This document shows positions 17,563 through 27,070 of a DNA stretch of 64,000 nucleotides, piece after piece. Both the position numbers and the translations under genes were made by a program. The notes under the pieces were generated by a model. The model was not told where the DNA came from. It searched no databases and worked only from the letters and a program-made list of their open reading frames with translations. This stretch comes from Polyangiaceae bacterium (GTDB lineage Bacteria; Myxococcota_A; Polyangia; Polyangiales; Polyangiaceae). The DNA is taken from NCBI GenBank assembly GCA_965222375.1, contig CBDCTZ010000014.1, positions 320,001 through 384,000 of the forward strand. Reading direction: 5' to 3'. The first letter of the stretch is position 1; each line of letters starts with the position of its first letter.

Positions 17563-19144
17563 GAGCCTCGCCGAGAGCCGTCGTTCCGCCTTGGGTCAGG
17601 ATGCGTAGGACTTCATCCACGGGCCTGGCGCCGGATCCTTCCAACTTCGAGAACGTGCGCAAGGCGTCGAAGAGGTCCTCTTCGCCAGCCAGCCAGTCGT
17701 CGACTCGTCTAGCGAACTCCGTGATCTGCCAGCTGCGCTGGGTTGGTACCGCGCGCATCAACGCGATGACCCCGGCCCAGTCCGAAAATCGGGCCCAACA
17801 CGGGATGAGCACGCCGAGCGCCTCCGCAAGGGCGCGCGCGGTCGCCGCCGGAAACTTACGGCGTAGGCTGCTCACCAGGGAAATCGCAGTTTCCGTTGGG
17901 ACTGCGCTCTTTCGCATCAATTCGATCAGCCGCTCGATCTCCGAGCTCAAGCCGGCGTCCGGGTCGTGGGCGCGGAGCTGAGAGCGATCACCAGAAGATA
18001 GCCCCAAGAGCAGGCGCACTAGTTCGAACCCGCGCTCACGATCTCGCCCGGATGCGGCGCCGAAGAGCCGCAGGATTTCCGGGGAGACCACCTGGGCGGC
18101 CATGTCCAAGTCCGGGGCCGGAATGATCGACGCTAGGGCACGCAGGGCCGCGGCTTGGGCGCCGTTATTGGGCACCAGCGCCCGCGCCGCCTCCGCGCTA
18201 CCGGGGCTTTCGAGCAGTTTGGGTATGTCGTCCATGCTGTCTGCGACCCGCCCTGCCCCCGCGGCGACAGCACGTTGCGCACGCTCAGCCTGGTCATCGG
18301 CGATTCGAGGCTGCGGCAAGAAGACCGTAGGCACCCCAGCGAACATCAATTCGTGGAAGCTGTTGTAGCCGCCGGCGGCCACGGCGCTGTCGAAGGCCGA
18401 GAACAGCTCCATGGGGCAATAGCGATCCATCCAGGTGATGCCGCCATTTCGCAGTTCAGGTCCCTCGTACAGCGGGCCTGCGCCGACGACCACCGAGTAG
18501 CCACGCGCGCTCAGGGTTCTTGTCAGGGGGGGGAGGATCGATGAGGCGGCTTCGTCGCCACCCCCTCCGAGGGTCAGGTAGACGGTTCGCGCGTCATCCG
18601 AAAGTCCGAGGGTTTCGCGGGCTGCTCTCCGGTCGAGAAGCTCCGACCGCTCGCGCAGCAAGATAGGGCCCGTGTCTCGTTCGTCGGGGATGATCTGTTG
18701 GTCGTAGAGCGGCAGCAAGGCTTGGTAGGGATCGTCTCGCGCGAACTGCTCCCGGACTTTGCGCGCCACCAGAACGCGGTGCTTCGCCATCTCCAGCACG
18801 CTGACGAGTTCGCCAAAGCTGCCGCCGGGGAAAGTGTCGACCAGCAGCAGATCCGGAGACAGGCCGGCGACCGCGTTCAACACCCAGCCGCGAGCCAAGG
18901 CCAAATATCGGTGCGGTTCGATGCCGGAATCCCGCAACATCGCCTTGGATGGCAGCTTGAAGGATGCAAAGCCCTCGCGCCGAGCGAGAGTGTCGGCTTC
19001 GGAGGAGGTGAGCACCCAGCACTCCGTGCGCACGCCGAGCAGCGTCGTGATTCGTCGTATCCAGCGCAAGATCGCGAGCTGGCGCACCAGGTGCCCCATG
19101 CCGCGGCCGTTGATGGAGTAGGAGACGACGCGCAGGGTGCTCAT
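17549..19144 (-). CDS. GT-B glycosyltransferase (GT28/MurG-like C-domain) with a ~190-aa helical C-terminal extension
   Basis: SINGRGMGHLVR, LLVDTFP, YLTLGGGG, AAGGYNSFHEL, DDQAERA motifs. Confidence 0.85.
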   Translation of the reverse strand: MSTLRVVSYSINGRGMGHLVRQLAILRWIRRITTLLGVRTECWVLTSSEADTLARREGFASFKLPSKAMLRDSGIEPHRYLALARGWVLNAVAGLSPDLLLVDTFPGGSFGELVSVLEMAKHRVLVARKVREQFARDDPYQALLPLYDQQIIPDERDTGPILLRERSELLDRRAARETLGLSDDARTVYLTLGGGGDEAASSILPPLTRTLSARGYSVVVGAGPLYEGPELRNGGITWMDRYCPMELFSAFDSAVAAGGYNSFHELMFAGVPTVFLPQPRIADDQAERAQRAVAAGAGRVADSMDDIPKLLESPGSAEAARALVPNNGAQAAALRALASIIPAPDLDMAAQVVSPEILRLFGAASGRDRERGFELVRLLLGLSSGDRSQLRAHDPDAGLSSEIERLIELMRKSAVPTETAISLVSSLRRKFPAATARALAEALGVLIPCWARFSDWAGVIALMRAVPTQRSWQITEFARRVDDWLAGEEDLFDALRTFSKLEGSGARPVDEVLRILTQGGTTALGEAHESP

Positions 19145-20463
19145 GAAAGCCCCACCAAGTCGTCGGAACGCTCATGGGCTTCAGCTGCTGCGGCGGCAAC
19201 GGCACGACCATCCTCGGACTCTAGGACAGGCCGCGCGTTTGGGTGCTGCTGGTAGTACTGGTGCACCGTGCCCATGATGGACGGCGGCCGCTTGCCTTTC
19301 GTCTGTTCCCACCACCACAGGTATGGATCGTTGTCCAAGGAGAAGCGCTCGTATCTGTCGTACTTGCCAATGCGATCAACGAGAGCGCGCAACTTTTTGG
19401 TTCGTTGCTGAAGCTTGGTGAGCTTCTCTGGCAGCTTGGATTCCAGTTCGCGATCCCCGATGGTCCGGGCGCGGTGCTTGGGTCGCATGAACTTCTGAGC
19501 TTTGCGTGCATACTTGCCGGCACGGGCGCGCAAGGAATCCACCGTGGCGGAAACGCCGTAGGTGTAGATCTGTCGCAGGAAGTCCCGCTTCGCCCGCATA
19601 CCGGACAGTTTGCGGAGCCCCATCTCTATGGGTCGGCTGTCCGTCCCGGACTTTTTGAGCCAGTCCGATAGGAGTTTTACGTCGCTTTGCAGAAGATGTT
19701 CTTTGAGCATCTGACGGCACTGGACCAAGTAGATCCCCGGGAGGTCCTTCAGCCTCTGGGCGCTTTCGTCGTGCTTCTGCACGAGGGCAGAGATGGTGCC
19801 GAGTTCGGTCTCGAGAGTTCGAATCTCCTGCTCCCAAAAAGCGCGCTGAGTGGCGGACTTGTTGTACGCCGGAAGCACGTCATCTCCGAAGTCCTTCATG
19901 CCCAAGGCTTCGCAGATCGCGTCCCCCTGTTTCCACTGCTGCCAGTACTCGGAGCTCCACCATTTGTGGCTGAAGTCTGGCGTGTCGTAGCCAGCGCGAT
20001 ACAGCTCCGAAAAGCCGTCTAGGCGCTCGTAGCGCTGACAATCTGCGATCCAAGGCGCCATCTGCTCATGGGCTTGCGTCAGTTTGGTTCGCAGTGTGCC
20101 ATGGGGGCCCGCTAGCTCTTCTCGCTGCAGGTACTTCTCGTCCTGACGAATGGCTGCGAGAGTGTGCTCGAGCACGTGACGTTCATGGGCTTGGGCCTCC
20201 AAAGGGTTGCGTCGCGCGAAGGCGCCAAACCCGGCTAGCTGCTCGACGCTGGATAGGTGCGCTTGGGTTAGACCCGGTAGGTAGGCAGCCGAGAGTTCGA
20301 GTGCGACGGAATCGAGCTCGGCCGTCGTCTTCTGCTCCGTGCTCCGGATGTGTCGACCCAGGACTTCGAACTGGCCAGCGACCTGAAGCGTGCGCTGTTG
20401 GTAATCGTGGAAGTGGCGGGATGCCTGGTGACCCTGGAGTTGCATGAGCGCGCCATTGTCCAA
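19141..20463 (-). CDS. All-helical hypothetical protein (first gene of the radical SAM operon)
   Basis: 440-aa ORF with coiled-coil-like stretches and Trp clusters (KWWSSEYWQQW, YLWWWE). Its stop overlaps the GT start (ATGA). Start may be ATG 20445. Confidence 0.8.
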   Translation of the reverse strand: MDNGALMQLQGHQASRHFHDYQQRTLQVAGQFEVLGRHIRSTEQKTTAELDSVALELSAAYLPGLTQAHLSSVEQLAGFGAFARRNPLEAQAHERHVLEHTLAAIRQDEKYLQREELAGPHGTLRTKLTQAHEQMAPWIADCQRYERLDGFSELYRAGYDTPDFSHKWWSSEYWQQWKQGDAICEALGMKDFGDDVLPAYNKSATQRAFWEQEIRTLETELGTISALVQKHDESAQRLKDLPGIYLVQCRQMLKEHLLQSDVKLLSDWLKKSGTDSRPIEMGLRKLSGMRAKRDFLRQIYTYGVSATVDSLRARAGKYARKAQKFMRPKHRARTIGDRELESKLPEKLTKLQQRTKKLRALVDRIGKYDRYERFSLDNDPYLWWWEQTKGKRPPSIMGTVHQYYQQHPNARPVLESEDGRAVAAAAAEAHERSDDLVGLS

Positions 20464-20508
20464 GCCCGGGCCGCGCCTGGCAAGCCGTGCAGCCTGACCT
20501 TCGGCGGG

Positions 20509-20805
20509 TCAGAGCAGGCACTTTTCCACGGCGTCTACGGTTGGCGCTTTCATGGCGCAGGTCCACTGCCGTCGCGACACTTTTGCTGCGCACTGAGAGA
20601 ACTCCGGGTCTCGAGCGGCTTTGCGTCGTGCCTTCGCCATGAGTTCCTCCACTTGACCCGGATGGGCTTTGGAGTTGTTACTACGCGCCAACAGCTCCGT
20701 GTAGTGGTCCAGCAGCTGGTTGCATTCGTCCGCTGACAATGGACGGCCGCATGCACAGGCTAGGAGCGCCCCGGCCAGGGTGGTGAGGCGGACTAGTTGA
20801 AGCAC
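20509..20805 (-). CDS. Small Cys-patterned lipoprotein
   Basis: GTG 20805 with upstream GGAG; lipobox ACAC-GRP; EC...C...C...C helical pattern. Confidence 0.7.
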   Translation of the reverse strand: MLQLVRLTTLAGALLACACGRPLSADECNQLLDHYTELLARSNNSKAHPGQVEELMAKARRKAARDPEFSQCAAKVSRRQWTCAMKAPTVDAVEKCLL

Positions 20806-21098
20806 TCCTCGACGATCTCCTTCGAGGTCTTCGCTTCTTTCATGCAGCGCTTCGCGCTGTCGGTAATACGTCGCCCGACACAATGTTTCATCGTGGTATC
20901 GCTGAGGGCCTTCTTGGTGGCTTCGATTTCCTCGGCGATGTATTTTTCGTCGCCGGGGCGCTTTTCCTGCAGCTTCAGCCGTGCGATGCGCTCGATGATC
21001 TCCTCACACTCTTCCACGGTCGCGGGGCGGCCACAGCCGAAAGCGAACAGGAGCGCAGGCAAGCAGCACCGCGCGAGGACCTTGGACCGAGACACCAC
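20793..21098 (-). CDS. Small Cys-patterned lipoprotein, paralogue of its neighbour
   Basis: Lipobox AFGC-GRP and the same Cys spacing; start approximate. Confidence 0.7.
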   Translation of the reverse strand: MVSRSKVLARCCLPALLFAFGCGRPATVEECEEIIERIARLKLQEKRPGDEKYIAEEIEATKKALSDTTMKHCVGRRITDSAKRCMKEAKTSKEIVEECFN

Positions 21099-21218
21099 GC
21101 TGGGCTTTAACGCGGCGCACCAAGCCTGCGCAAGCTCCCCGCAAACTGGACGCGCTTCACCTTGAGGCAGCGCTGAAATCTGGACGCCTGTGCAGCGCCT
21201 GCTAGGATTGCCAAGAGA

Positions 21219-21983
21219 ATGAGCCGAACGCGCGGCAGTGCCGCGGAGCCCTCGCCCGAGCATTTGCTGCGAAAGGCAACCCTCGCCCGAACCTCCGGCA
21301 TGCGGGCGAAATACGCGCAGCGCGGGCTTGACTCAGAGGGCGCTGTCAGCGCTACCACCCGGGCCATGCTCCTGCGACAGCTCTACCTGTCGCATATGGA
21401 AGGCAGGCGATTCGATGAGGCTCTTGCGGTCGCCGAAGAGATGCTTCAGCTGAAGGTCATGCCGGATGTGGCGCGCCAGGACGCCGCCCGTGCTTGTCTT
21501 GGCCTGGCGGATCGCGAGGGCGCCCTGGCACACCTGCGCCTGGCTAGCCGGGTCAGCCCGCCCTCTCGCCGCTCGTTTCATCTGTGGACCTTGGGAAGTG
21601 TCCTGTACTTGGCTGGGCGTCACGATGAAGCCATCGGCGCGCTGCAACGAGCATCCCGCTGGGGGACCACAGACCGGCCGCTGTATCAGGCGCAGTTGGC
21701 CCTTTCACGCTTGGCCTCCGGGGAAAGTATAGGAAATCTCGAAGAAATCCGCGAGCGCCTGAGCGAGGCGCCCTGTGGCCAAGGCTACGGCCAATTCGTA
21801 TTGGGCGAGCTGTCGCATGCCCTGGGCGATATCGACAAGGCGCGGGAGTACCTGCGCGGTTTCGTGAAGCGGTCCACCGGGGGCCGTGTCGCTCTGGCTG
21901 TGGCCTTGGACGGCGAGATTGCCCGAGCTCGAGAAATCCTGGCTCGGTTGCCTAGAAAAGGCCGAAAAAAATCGACGGCCTGA
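21219..21983 (+). CDS. Tetratricopeptide repeat protein
   Basis: Repeated helical motifs (LG.VLY..GR.DEAI..L; LGEL..ALGD.DKA..YL). Confidence 0.75.
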   Translation: MSRTRGSAAEPSPEHLLRKATLARTSGMRAKYAQRGLDSEGAVSATTRAMLLRQLYLSHMEGRRFDEALAVAEEMLQLKVMPDVARQDAARACLGLADREGALAHLRLASRVSPPSRRSFHLWTLGSVLYLAGRHDEAIGALQRASRWGTTDRPLYQAQLALSRLASGESIGNLEEIRERLSEAPCGQGYGQFVLGELSHALGDIDKAREYLRGFVKRSTGGRVALAVALDGEIARAREILARLPRKGRKKSTA

Positions 21984-22101
21984 AACTTTGTCCGGGTTTT
22001 GGGCTTACAAAGTGCGGAGGAGCATTCGATAGTAGTATTTTTAATAATAGTGGAAAGCCCCCAATGCCGGTAACGCGGCGGCTTGAGGTCGTACCCAATC
22101 G

Positions 22102-23463
22102 ATGAACGCCATGCACAACAGCTATTGGATTCGCGTCGGCTCCTTGTTGTCGTTCGTTGCCGTGTTTCTAATGACGCGGCTGGCGGAGGCCGCGGACAAT
22201 GCTTGCGTGATTGCTGGCGAGGCCGGCGCTGGAGGAGCGAATGACGCGTTCACGGCTGCGCTCTCCAAGGGGCCCCTGTACGCGGGCGGTGCTGCCTTCA
22301 TCGGTGGGCTTCTGGTGAGCCTGACACCCTGCGTTTATCCGATGATCGCGGTCACCGTCAGCGTGTTTGGCGCCCGGGAGAGCAAGAGCCGTTGGCAGGG
22401 GATTACGCTTTCGTTGGCGTTTGTCATGGGCATCGTCGCCATGTTCGTCCCCCTCGGTGTGGTCGCCGGCATGACCGGTGGAGTGTTCGGCTCCGTGCTG
22501 CAAAGCACCTGGGTCATTGTTGGCATCAGCGTGTTGTTCCTGGCGATGGCGGCGTCCATGTTCGGTGCGTTCGAACTTGCGCTTCCGTCGGCCCTGACCA
22601 ACAAGCTCGCGACGGTTGGGGGCATTGGCTACAAAGGCGCCTTCGTACTCGGGCTCGCCTGCGGCCTGATTGCGGCGCCCTGCACTGGCCCAGTGCTCAC
22701 GGGCATTCTGACCTGGATCGCGAAGACCCAGAGCGGGAGCCTGGGTGCGCTGGCCATGGCGGCATTCGCTTTGGGACTGGGCGCTCCGTTCTTCTTGGTG
22801 GGCGCTTTCGCAGTGCAGCTGCCCAAGAGCGGCCGTTGGATGGTGCACGTGAAGAGCGTGTTGGGGATTGTGCTAGTTGTCGTGGCGCTGTACTTCCTCT
22901 CCACGGCTTTCCCCGTGATCGCCAGCTATGCCAAGGGTGATTCGCTCTTCTTGGGAATCATGGTTGCCGCGGTGCTCGTCGGCATTCTGTTGGGCGCAGT
23001 TCATCGCTCCTTCGATGAGCCGGGCGCCGGTATCAAGATCCGAAAGGGTTTGGGCACGTTTCTGACCAGCGTTGGGGCTTTCCTCCTTGTGATGGGGGTG
23101 TCGAAACCGGCGCAGTCTCTCTCTTGGGAGGCACTGACTTGGCAGCAAGCTCAAGCCAAGGCCAAGCGGGAGAAGCGACCGCTGCTCGTGGATTTCACGG
23201 CGACTTGGTGCGGCGCCTGCAAACAATTGGATCGAGAGACCTTCAGCAAGCCGGACGTCGCTCAGGAAGCCGGACGCTTCGTGGCAGTCAAGGTGGATGC
23301 GACCGATGACGAAGACCCGCAGGTCACGAGCGCGATGGAGACCATGAAGGTCGTGGGGCTACCCACCGTCTTGGTCTACGACTCGAGGGGGCAAGAGGCA
23401 GTGCGCTGCACGGACTTTGTCGCCGCGGAGCCTTTCCTCGACGCAATCCGGCGCGTCAACTGA
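22102..23463 (+). CDS. dsbD: DsbD/CcdA-type thiol:disulfide interchange protein with C-terminal thioredoxin
   Basis: SLTPCVYPMI and APCTGP transmembrane Cys pair; DFTATWCGACK thioredoxin motif; GLPT. Lacks the N-terminal Ig-like DsbD-alpha domain. Confidence 0.85.
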   Translation: MNAMHNSYWIRVGSLLSFVAVFLMTRLAEAADNACVIAGEAGAGGANDAFTAALSKGPLYAGGAAFIGGLLVSLTPCVYPMIAVTVSVFGARESKSRWQGITLSLAFVMGIVAMFVPLGVVAGMTGGVFGSVLQSTWVIVGISVLFLAMAASMFGAFELALPSALTNKLATVGGIGYKGAFVLGLACGLIAAPCTGPVLTGILTWIAKTQSGSLGALAMAAFALGLGAPFFLVGAFAVQLPKSGRWMVHVKSVLGIVLVVVALYFLSTAFPVIASYAKGDSLFLGIMVAAVLVGILLGAVHRSFDEPGAGIKIRKGLGTFLTSVGAFLLVMGVSKPAQSLSWEALTWQQAQAKAKREKRPLLVDFTATWCGACKQLDRETFSKPDVAQEAGRFVAVKVDATDDEDPQVTSAMETMKVVGLPTVLVYDSRGQEAVRCTDFVAAEPFLDAIRRVN

Positions 23464-23530
23464 GGCGAACGAACGGCGCCAGACCTCGAATCAGCCGCTT
23501 CTTCTTGCTCCGCCCCCCGGCGTGCGGCGC

Positions 23531-24460
23531 CTAGGGCTCGAAGTCCCCCGGAGGAGGCGGAGGAGGAGGCGGAGGTGGTGTGCCGCCACCGGTCTTCGGC
23601 GTGTCTCCGCCGCCGGTCTTGGGCTTGTCGCCGCCGGTCGGTGGATCGCCAGTACCGGTCCCCTCTCCGTTCTCGCCCTCAGGGTTTTCCGGTGGCGTAG
23701 GCGGGGGCGGCGGTGGCTGGTCGAAGCTCCCGTCGTCGGTCTTTAGGGTTTCCGACAGCTTCTTGACCGCCGCCTCGGCGTTGGTGGCAACTTCTTCCGC
23801 ACGCGCCTGCATTATCGGAAGCAGCTTCTTGGCGTCGGCGAGGTTCTTCTTCACCTCGCCTTTCTGCGAAACACTCTTGCGGAACGCCGTGTCCACCTGT
23901 TGCTCGAGCGCTACCGTCATGCCGCTGAGCTTTTCGATGATGCGTACGGCCTTCTTCATCCGATTGTGTAACCTCGCCTCAGCGACGATCGCCGTCTTCA
24001 TCCCGTTGACGAACTCAGTGCCCTCAGCGTCAAGATCCGCACCGGCCGTAGTTACTTCAGCGGCGGGGTTGCCCTCGCCCAGTCCGGAGACTTTGATCTT
24101 CAAGCCAGTGCCGGCTTCGGCAAGTGTCTTGGCGCGCTTGGCTGCGCGTTTGGCTAGGAGCGAAGCCGACGCGTCTGGGTCGCCCTTCAGTTCCTTGGCA
24201 AGTGCCTGCCGTATTGCTTTTTCATCGGCTGGCGCCTTGGCCAATTCGACTTGCAGTTCGTACAACGACTGAAAGTACTCGTCGAAGGTTGGATTGCCGG
24301 TTTGGTATTGCTTCCCTTGCCCAACCGCTGACGGGCCACCACTGCCGAACAGGCAACCGGGCGTTGAGGCAAGGGCGGCGAAACCCACAGGGCTCGCAGC
24401 CATGGCGAGAGAAAGTAGCGTGTGACTTGCGCGTCGCTTCAACTTGGAATTCAAGGACAT
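23531..24460 (-). CDS. Helical lipoprotein with Pro/Gly-rich C-terminal tail
   Basis: Signal peptide with PGC, coiled-coil body, poly-Pro tail ending GDFEP. Confidence 0.7.
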   Translation of the reverse strand: MSLNSKLKRRASHTLLSLAMAASPVGFAALASTPGCLFGSGGPSAVGQGKQYQTGNPTFDEYFQSLYELQVELAKAPADEKAIRQALAKELKGDPDASASLLAKRAAKRAKTLAEAGTGLKIKVSGLGEGNPAAEVTTAGADLDAEGTEFVNGMKTAIVAEARLHNRMKKAVRIIEKLSGMTVALEQQVDTAFRKSVSQKGEVKKNLADAKKLLPIMQARAEEVATNAEAAVKKLSETLKTDDGSFDQPPPPPPTPPENPEGENGEGTGTGDPPTGGDKPKTGGGDTPKTGGGTPPPPPPPPPPGDFEP

Positions 24461-26301
24461 TTCAACGTAGCTCCCCAGAGTTCATGTCGGGCGCCACTCT
24501 TTACGAGGAATAAGGAGAGAGCGGAACCATTTTGGAGCCATACTACGCCTTGACCCGCATTGGCTCCCTCCGGTGAGACATCGATCGGGTCCCCCACCGG
24601 GATTAGGTCATGGGCCAAGGTTTGCAGCCTAACTACGCGGTTTCCCGAAGATCCTTCCGTCCACTGCACTAACCAGCGGCCTCCTGGCAGCCCCGTGGCG
24701 CTCGGGGATATCGCCGCCGCCCCAGGACCGCCGGGAGGAATTCGAAATCCGGCCGCCGGGCCGGTGGCAGCTCCGGGGGCAATTCGGGAGAAGTACACTC
24801 GCCAGTACGAGTCCGGAGTGGCTTTAGCAGCGAAGGCAACCAGGCCCTCGCGGTCGTTCACCGCCACGGTCGGGGTCCCCACATTGGAGGCTGAGACGTC
24901 AACGGTTCCCAGGTCCGATGCTTTCGCTCCCTCGTCTGACAGCCAGCCCACGCGGATCTTCCCGCGTTGGCCGCCCTGCCGAAACGTAACCGCGTGCCCG
25001 AAGCCCGCTCTGGAGGCAAGACGCGGAGTGGTCAGGCGCTCCCCTCCGCCGCCAGACCAGATGACTTTGGTTTGCCCCCCCACTTGGCGCGCGAAGTCGT
25101 TCCCGCGCGCACCGATCGCAAAGGACGGTTTTGCGTCAACACTTCGCGCGAAGCTGAGGGCGTCGTCCGTTGAGTCGAGCTGGAATCGAATGGGTCCGCT
25201 GCGGCTGAGGGGAACAACGCCCGTGAGCCGGTTGGGACTGCGCTCCTTGAACCTTCGCTTCACGGCGAGGGTGGCCAAATCCACTTCGATCCCCACGCCC
25301 TCCTTCGGCGAGGACGCGAACCCCACCGCGGACTTGTTCCCTGTGGGACCCACCGCGGGCGGAACTGCCAAGTAGATCGAACCCGCTAGTTTCTTTGCGG
25401 GCCGTTCGGAGACGCATGGCAAGGTGGCGTCGCCACTCACGGGCGCACTACTAACGCCGCTGGGGGCTGACACGTTGGCGACGTTGGCCCCTCCCAGCTG
25501 ACCCCGCAGTAGCGCTCCACCAACGACGCCGCCGATCCCCAACAGGCCGACGCCGACCAATCCGAGCACGATCCACGGTATCGAGGACGATTTCTTGTCT
25601 TCTGGCGCGAGCGCAGCCGTGGGTGCCGGCGCGGGTGCCGGCGCCGGCGGCAAAGGGGTTTGCGCCGGTTTCAGCATCGGAGCCCCGCTCGTCTTGGGGC
25701 TTGGGCCGCTCGGTTGGAAGGTTGGTGCTGTGGGCGGCTCTCCCCCGGGCGCTCCCGCATCCTGCGCAGCGTCGGCGCCCGGGTCACTCAAGCGAGAAGG
25801 GACGGCTCTAGGAGGCGGAGGCACCGCCGCTGGTGGCCGCAACGTTGCGGTGGCGTTGGCCGATGCCGCTGGCTCCACCAGGGTTGGCATGGGAGGTCGG
25901 CGAGCGGCCGGAGGCGCTGCAGGTACCCGCGCGGCAGGTGGCATCGAGCCCGTGGGTGGCGGCGGGGGTGGCAGACTGGCCTTCTTCCGTCCCCCCAGCA
26001 GCTTGGCAGCGTCACGGGCCCGGTACGCGTTGTAGCGCTCGACGGGTGGCGAGGGCGGTTCGGTGACCGACTCGTCCAGCTCCGGTTCCACGGCGGGTTC
26101 CGCCTTCCCGGCTGGAATCGACCCACTGAGCTCACCGACCTGGCACGCTGGGAGCCACTTTTTCCAGCCGGCTTTCCAGACAAGCGTGTAGTGGGCCAGC
26201 GTGCCCGAGGAAAGGGACGACACGAGTTCCCACTCGTCCACCTCGCTTACGACTCCCTCGGGGTCGGCCCACCTCCAGTTGTCTTCGGCTACTTTCGCCA
26301 T
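24451..26301 (-). CDS. GYF_2 (DUF4339)-like domain, Pro-rich linker, TM helix and extracytoplasmic beta domain
   Basis: N-terminal W..DPEG...L..G.L...TLVWKAGWKKW motif; single TM (IPWIVLGLVGVGLLGIGG). Confidence 0.75.
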   Translation of the reverse strand: MAKVAEDNWRWADPEGVVSEVDEWELVSSLSSGTLAHYTLVWKAGWKKWLPACQVGELSGSIPAGKAEPAVEPELDESVTEPPSPPVERYNAYRARDAAKLLGGRKKASLPPPPPPTGSMPPAARVPAAPPAARRPPMPTLVEPAASANATATLRPPAAVPPPPRAVPSRLSDPGADAAQDAGAPGGEPPTAPTFQPSGPSPKTSGAPMLKPAQTPLPPAPAPAPAPTAALAPEDKKSSSIPWIVLGLVGVGLLGIGGVVGGALLRGQLGGANVANVSAPSGVSSAPVSGDATLPCVSERPAKKLAGSIYLAVPPAVGPTGNKSAVGFASSPKEGVGIEVDLATLAVKRRFKERSPNRLTGVVPLSRSGPIRFQLDSTDDALSFARSVDAKPSFAIGARGNDFARQVGGQTKVIWSGGGGERLTTPRLASRAGFGHAVTFRQGGQRGKIRVGWLSDEGAKASDLGTVDVSASNVGTPTVAVNDREGLVAFAAKATPDSYWRVYFSRIAPGAATGPAAGFRIPPGGPGAAAISPSATGLPGGRWLVQWTEGSSGNRVVRLQTLAHDLIPVGDPIDVSPEGANAGQGVVWLQNGSALSLFLVKSGARHELWGATLKCP

Positions 26302-26356
26302 CCCGTCCTCACACTACGTGTGCGAAGTGGCCGATTGTTCCCATTTTCTTCGCCTT

Positions 26357-27007
26357 TCAGCAATCAACGTTTGCCGTCGAGCAGATAGCCACCACCGCGG
26401 CCACGTAATGCCCCGCGCTTCTCAGCGCGTAGACGCATTCGGCGGCGGTGGCGCCAGTGGTGACCACATCGTCCACCAGCGTCAGCCTCGCAGGCATTTG
26501 CCGATGAGCCGCCAAAAAAGCGCCTGTGACGTTCAGCTGACGCTCGGAATGCGAACACTGCACTTGGGCTCGGTCGCGGCGGACGCGCCAAAGAAACCGG
26601 TGTCCGGTCGGGGCCCCGAAGTGCTTGGAGAGCTGCACGGCCAGAAGAGCGGATTGGTTGAAACCCCGCTGCGCCAGTCGAGCTGGATGCAAGGGCACGG
26701 GCACGATCGTGGTCCCTCGGATTGCATTGCCGGACCCAAGGGTACGGGCGAGCAGGCGTCCCAGGGGGGCGGCCACGTCTGGTCGCTGCTGATACTTGAG
26801 TCGTTTGACCCCCTCGCTGAGTGGCGCCTCGTAGGGAGCAACGCTCAACACGGGGACGCCACTCACGTATCGTGACGCGGGAGGTAGGACGAGCGTTGTG
26901 CAGGCTGGGCACAGGTCCTCGCGACAAGGGATGTCACAACCAGCGCAGCGGCGAGGGGCCACTACATCGATGCATGCGGTGAAAAACTGACGATAGAGCT
27001 CGAGCAT
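26357..27007 (-). CDS. comF: ComF family phosphoribosyltransferase-like protein with double zinc ribbon
   Basis: CAGC..LCPAC, VPVPLH..R..RGFNQ, LVDDVVTTGAT. Confidence 0.9.
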   Translation of the reverse strand: MLELYRQFFTACIDVVAPRRCAGCDIPCREDLCPACTTLVLPPASRYVSGVPVLSVAPYEAPLSEGVKRLKYQQRPDVAAPLGRLLARTLGSGNAIRGTTIVPVPLHPARLAQRGFNQSALLAVQLSKHFGAPTGHRFLWRVRRDRAQVQCSHSERQLNVTGAFLAAHRQMPARLTLVDDVVTTGATAAECVYALRSAGHYVAAVVAICSTANVDC

Positions 27008-27070
27008 GCTCGTGGCTCATCGGCCCGCCACGACGCGAGTTGTCAGCTTTTGTGTCGCGCACTGGGTGGC

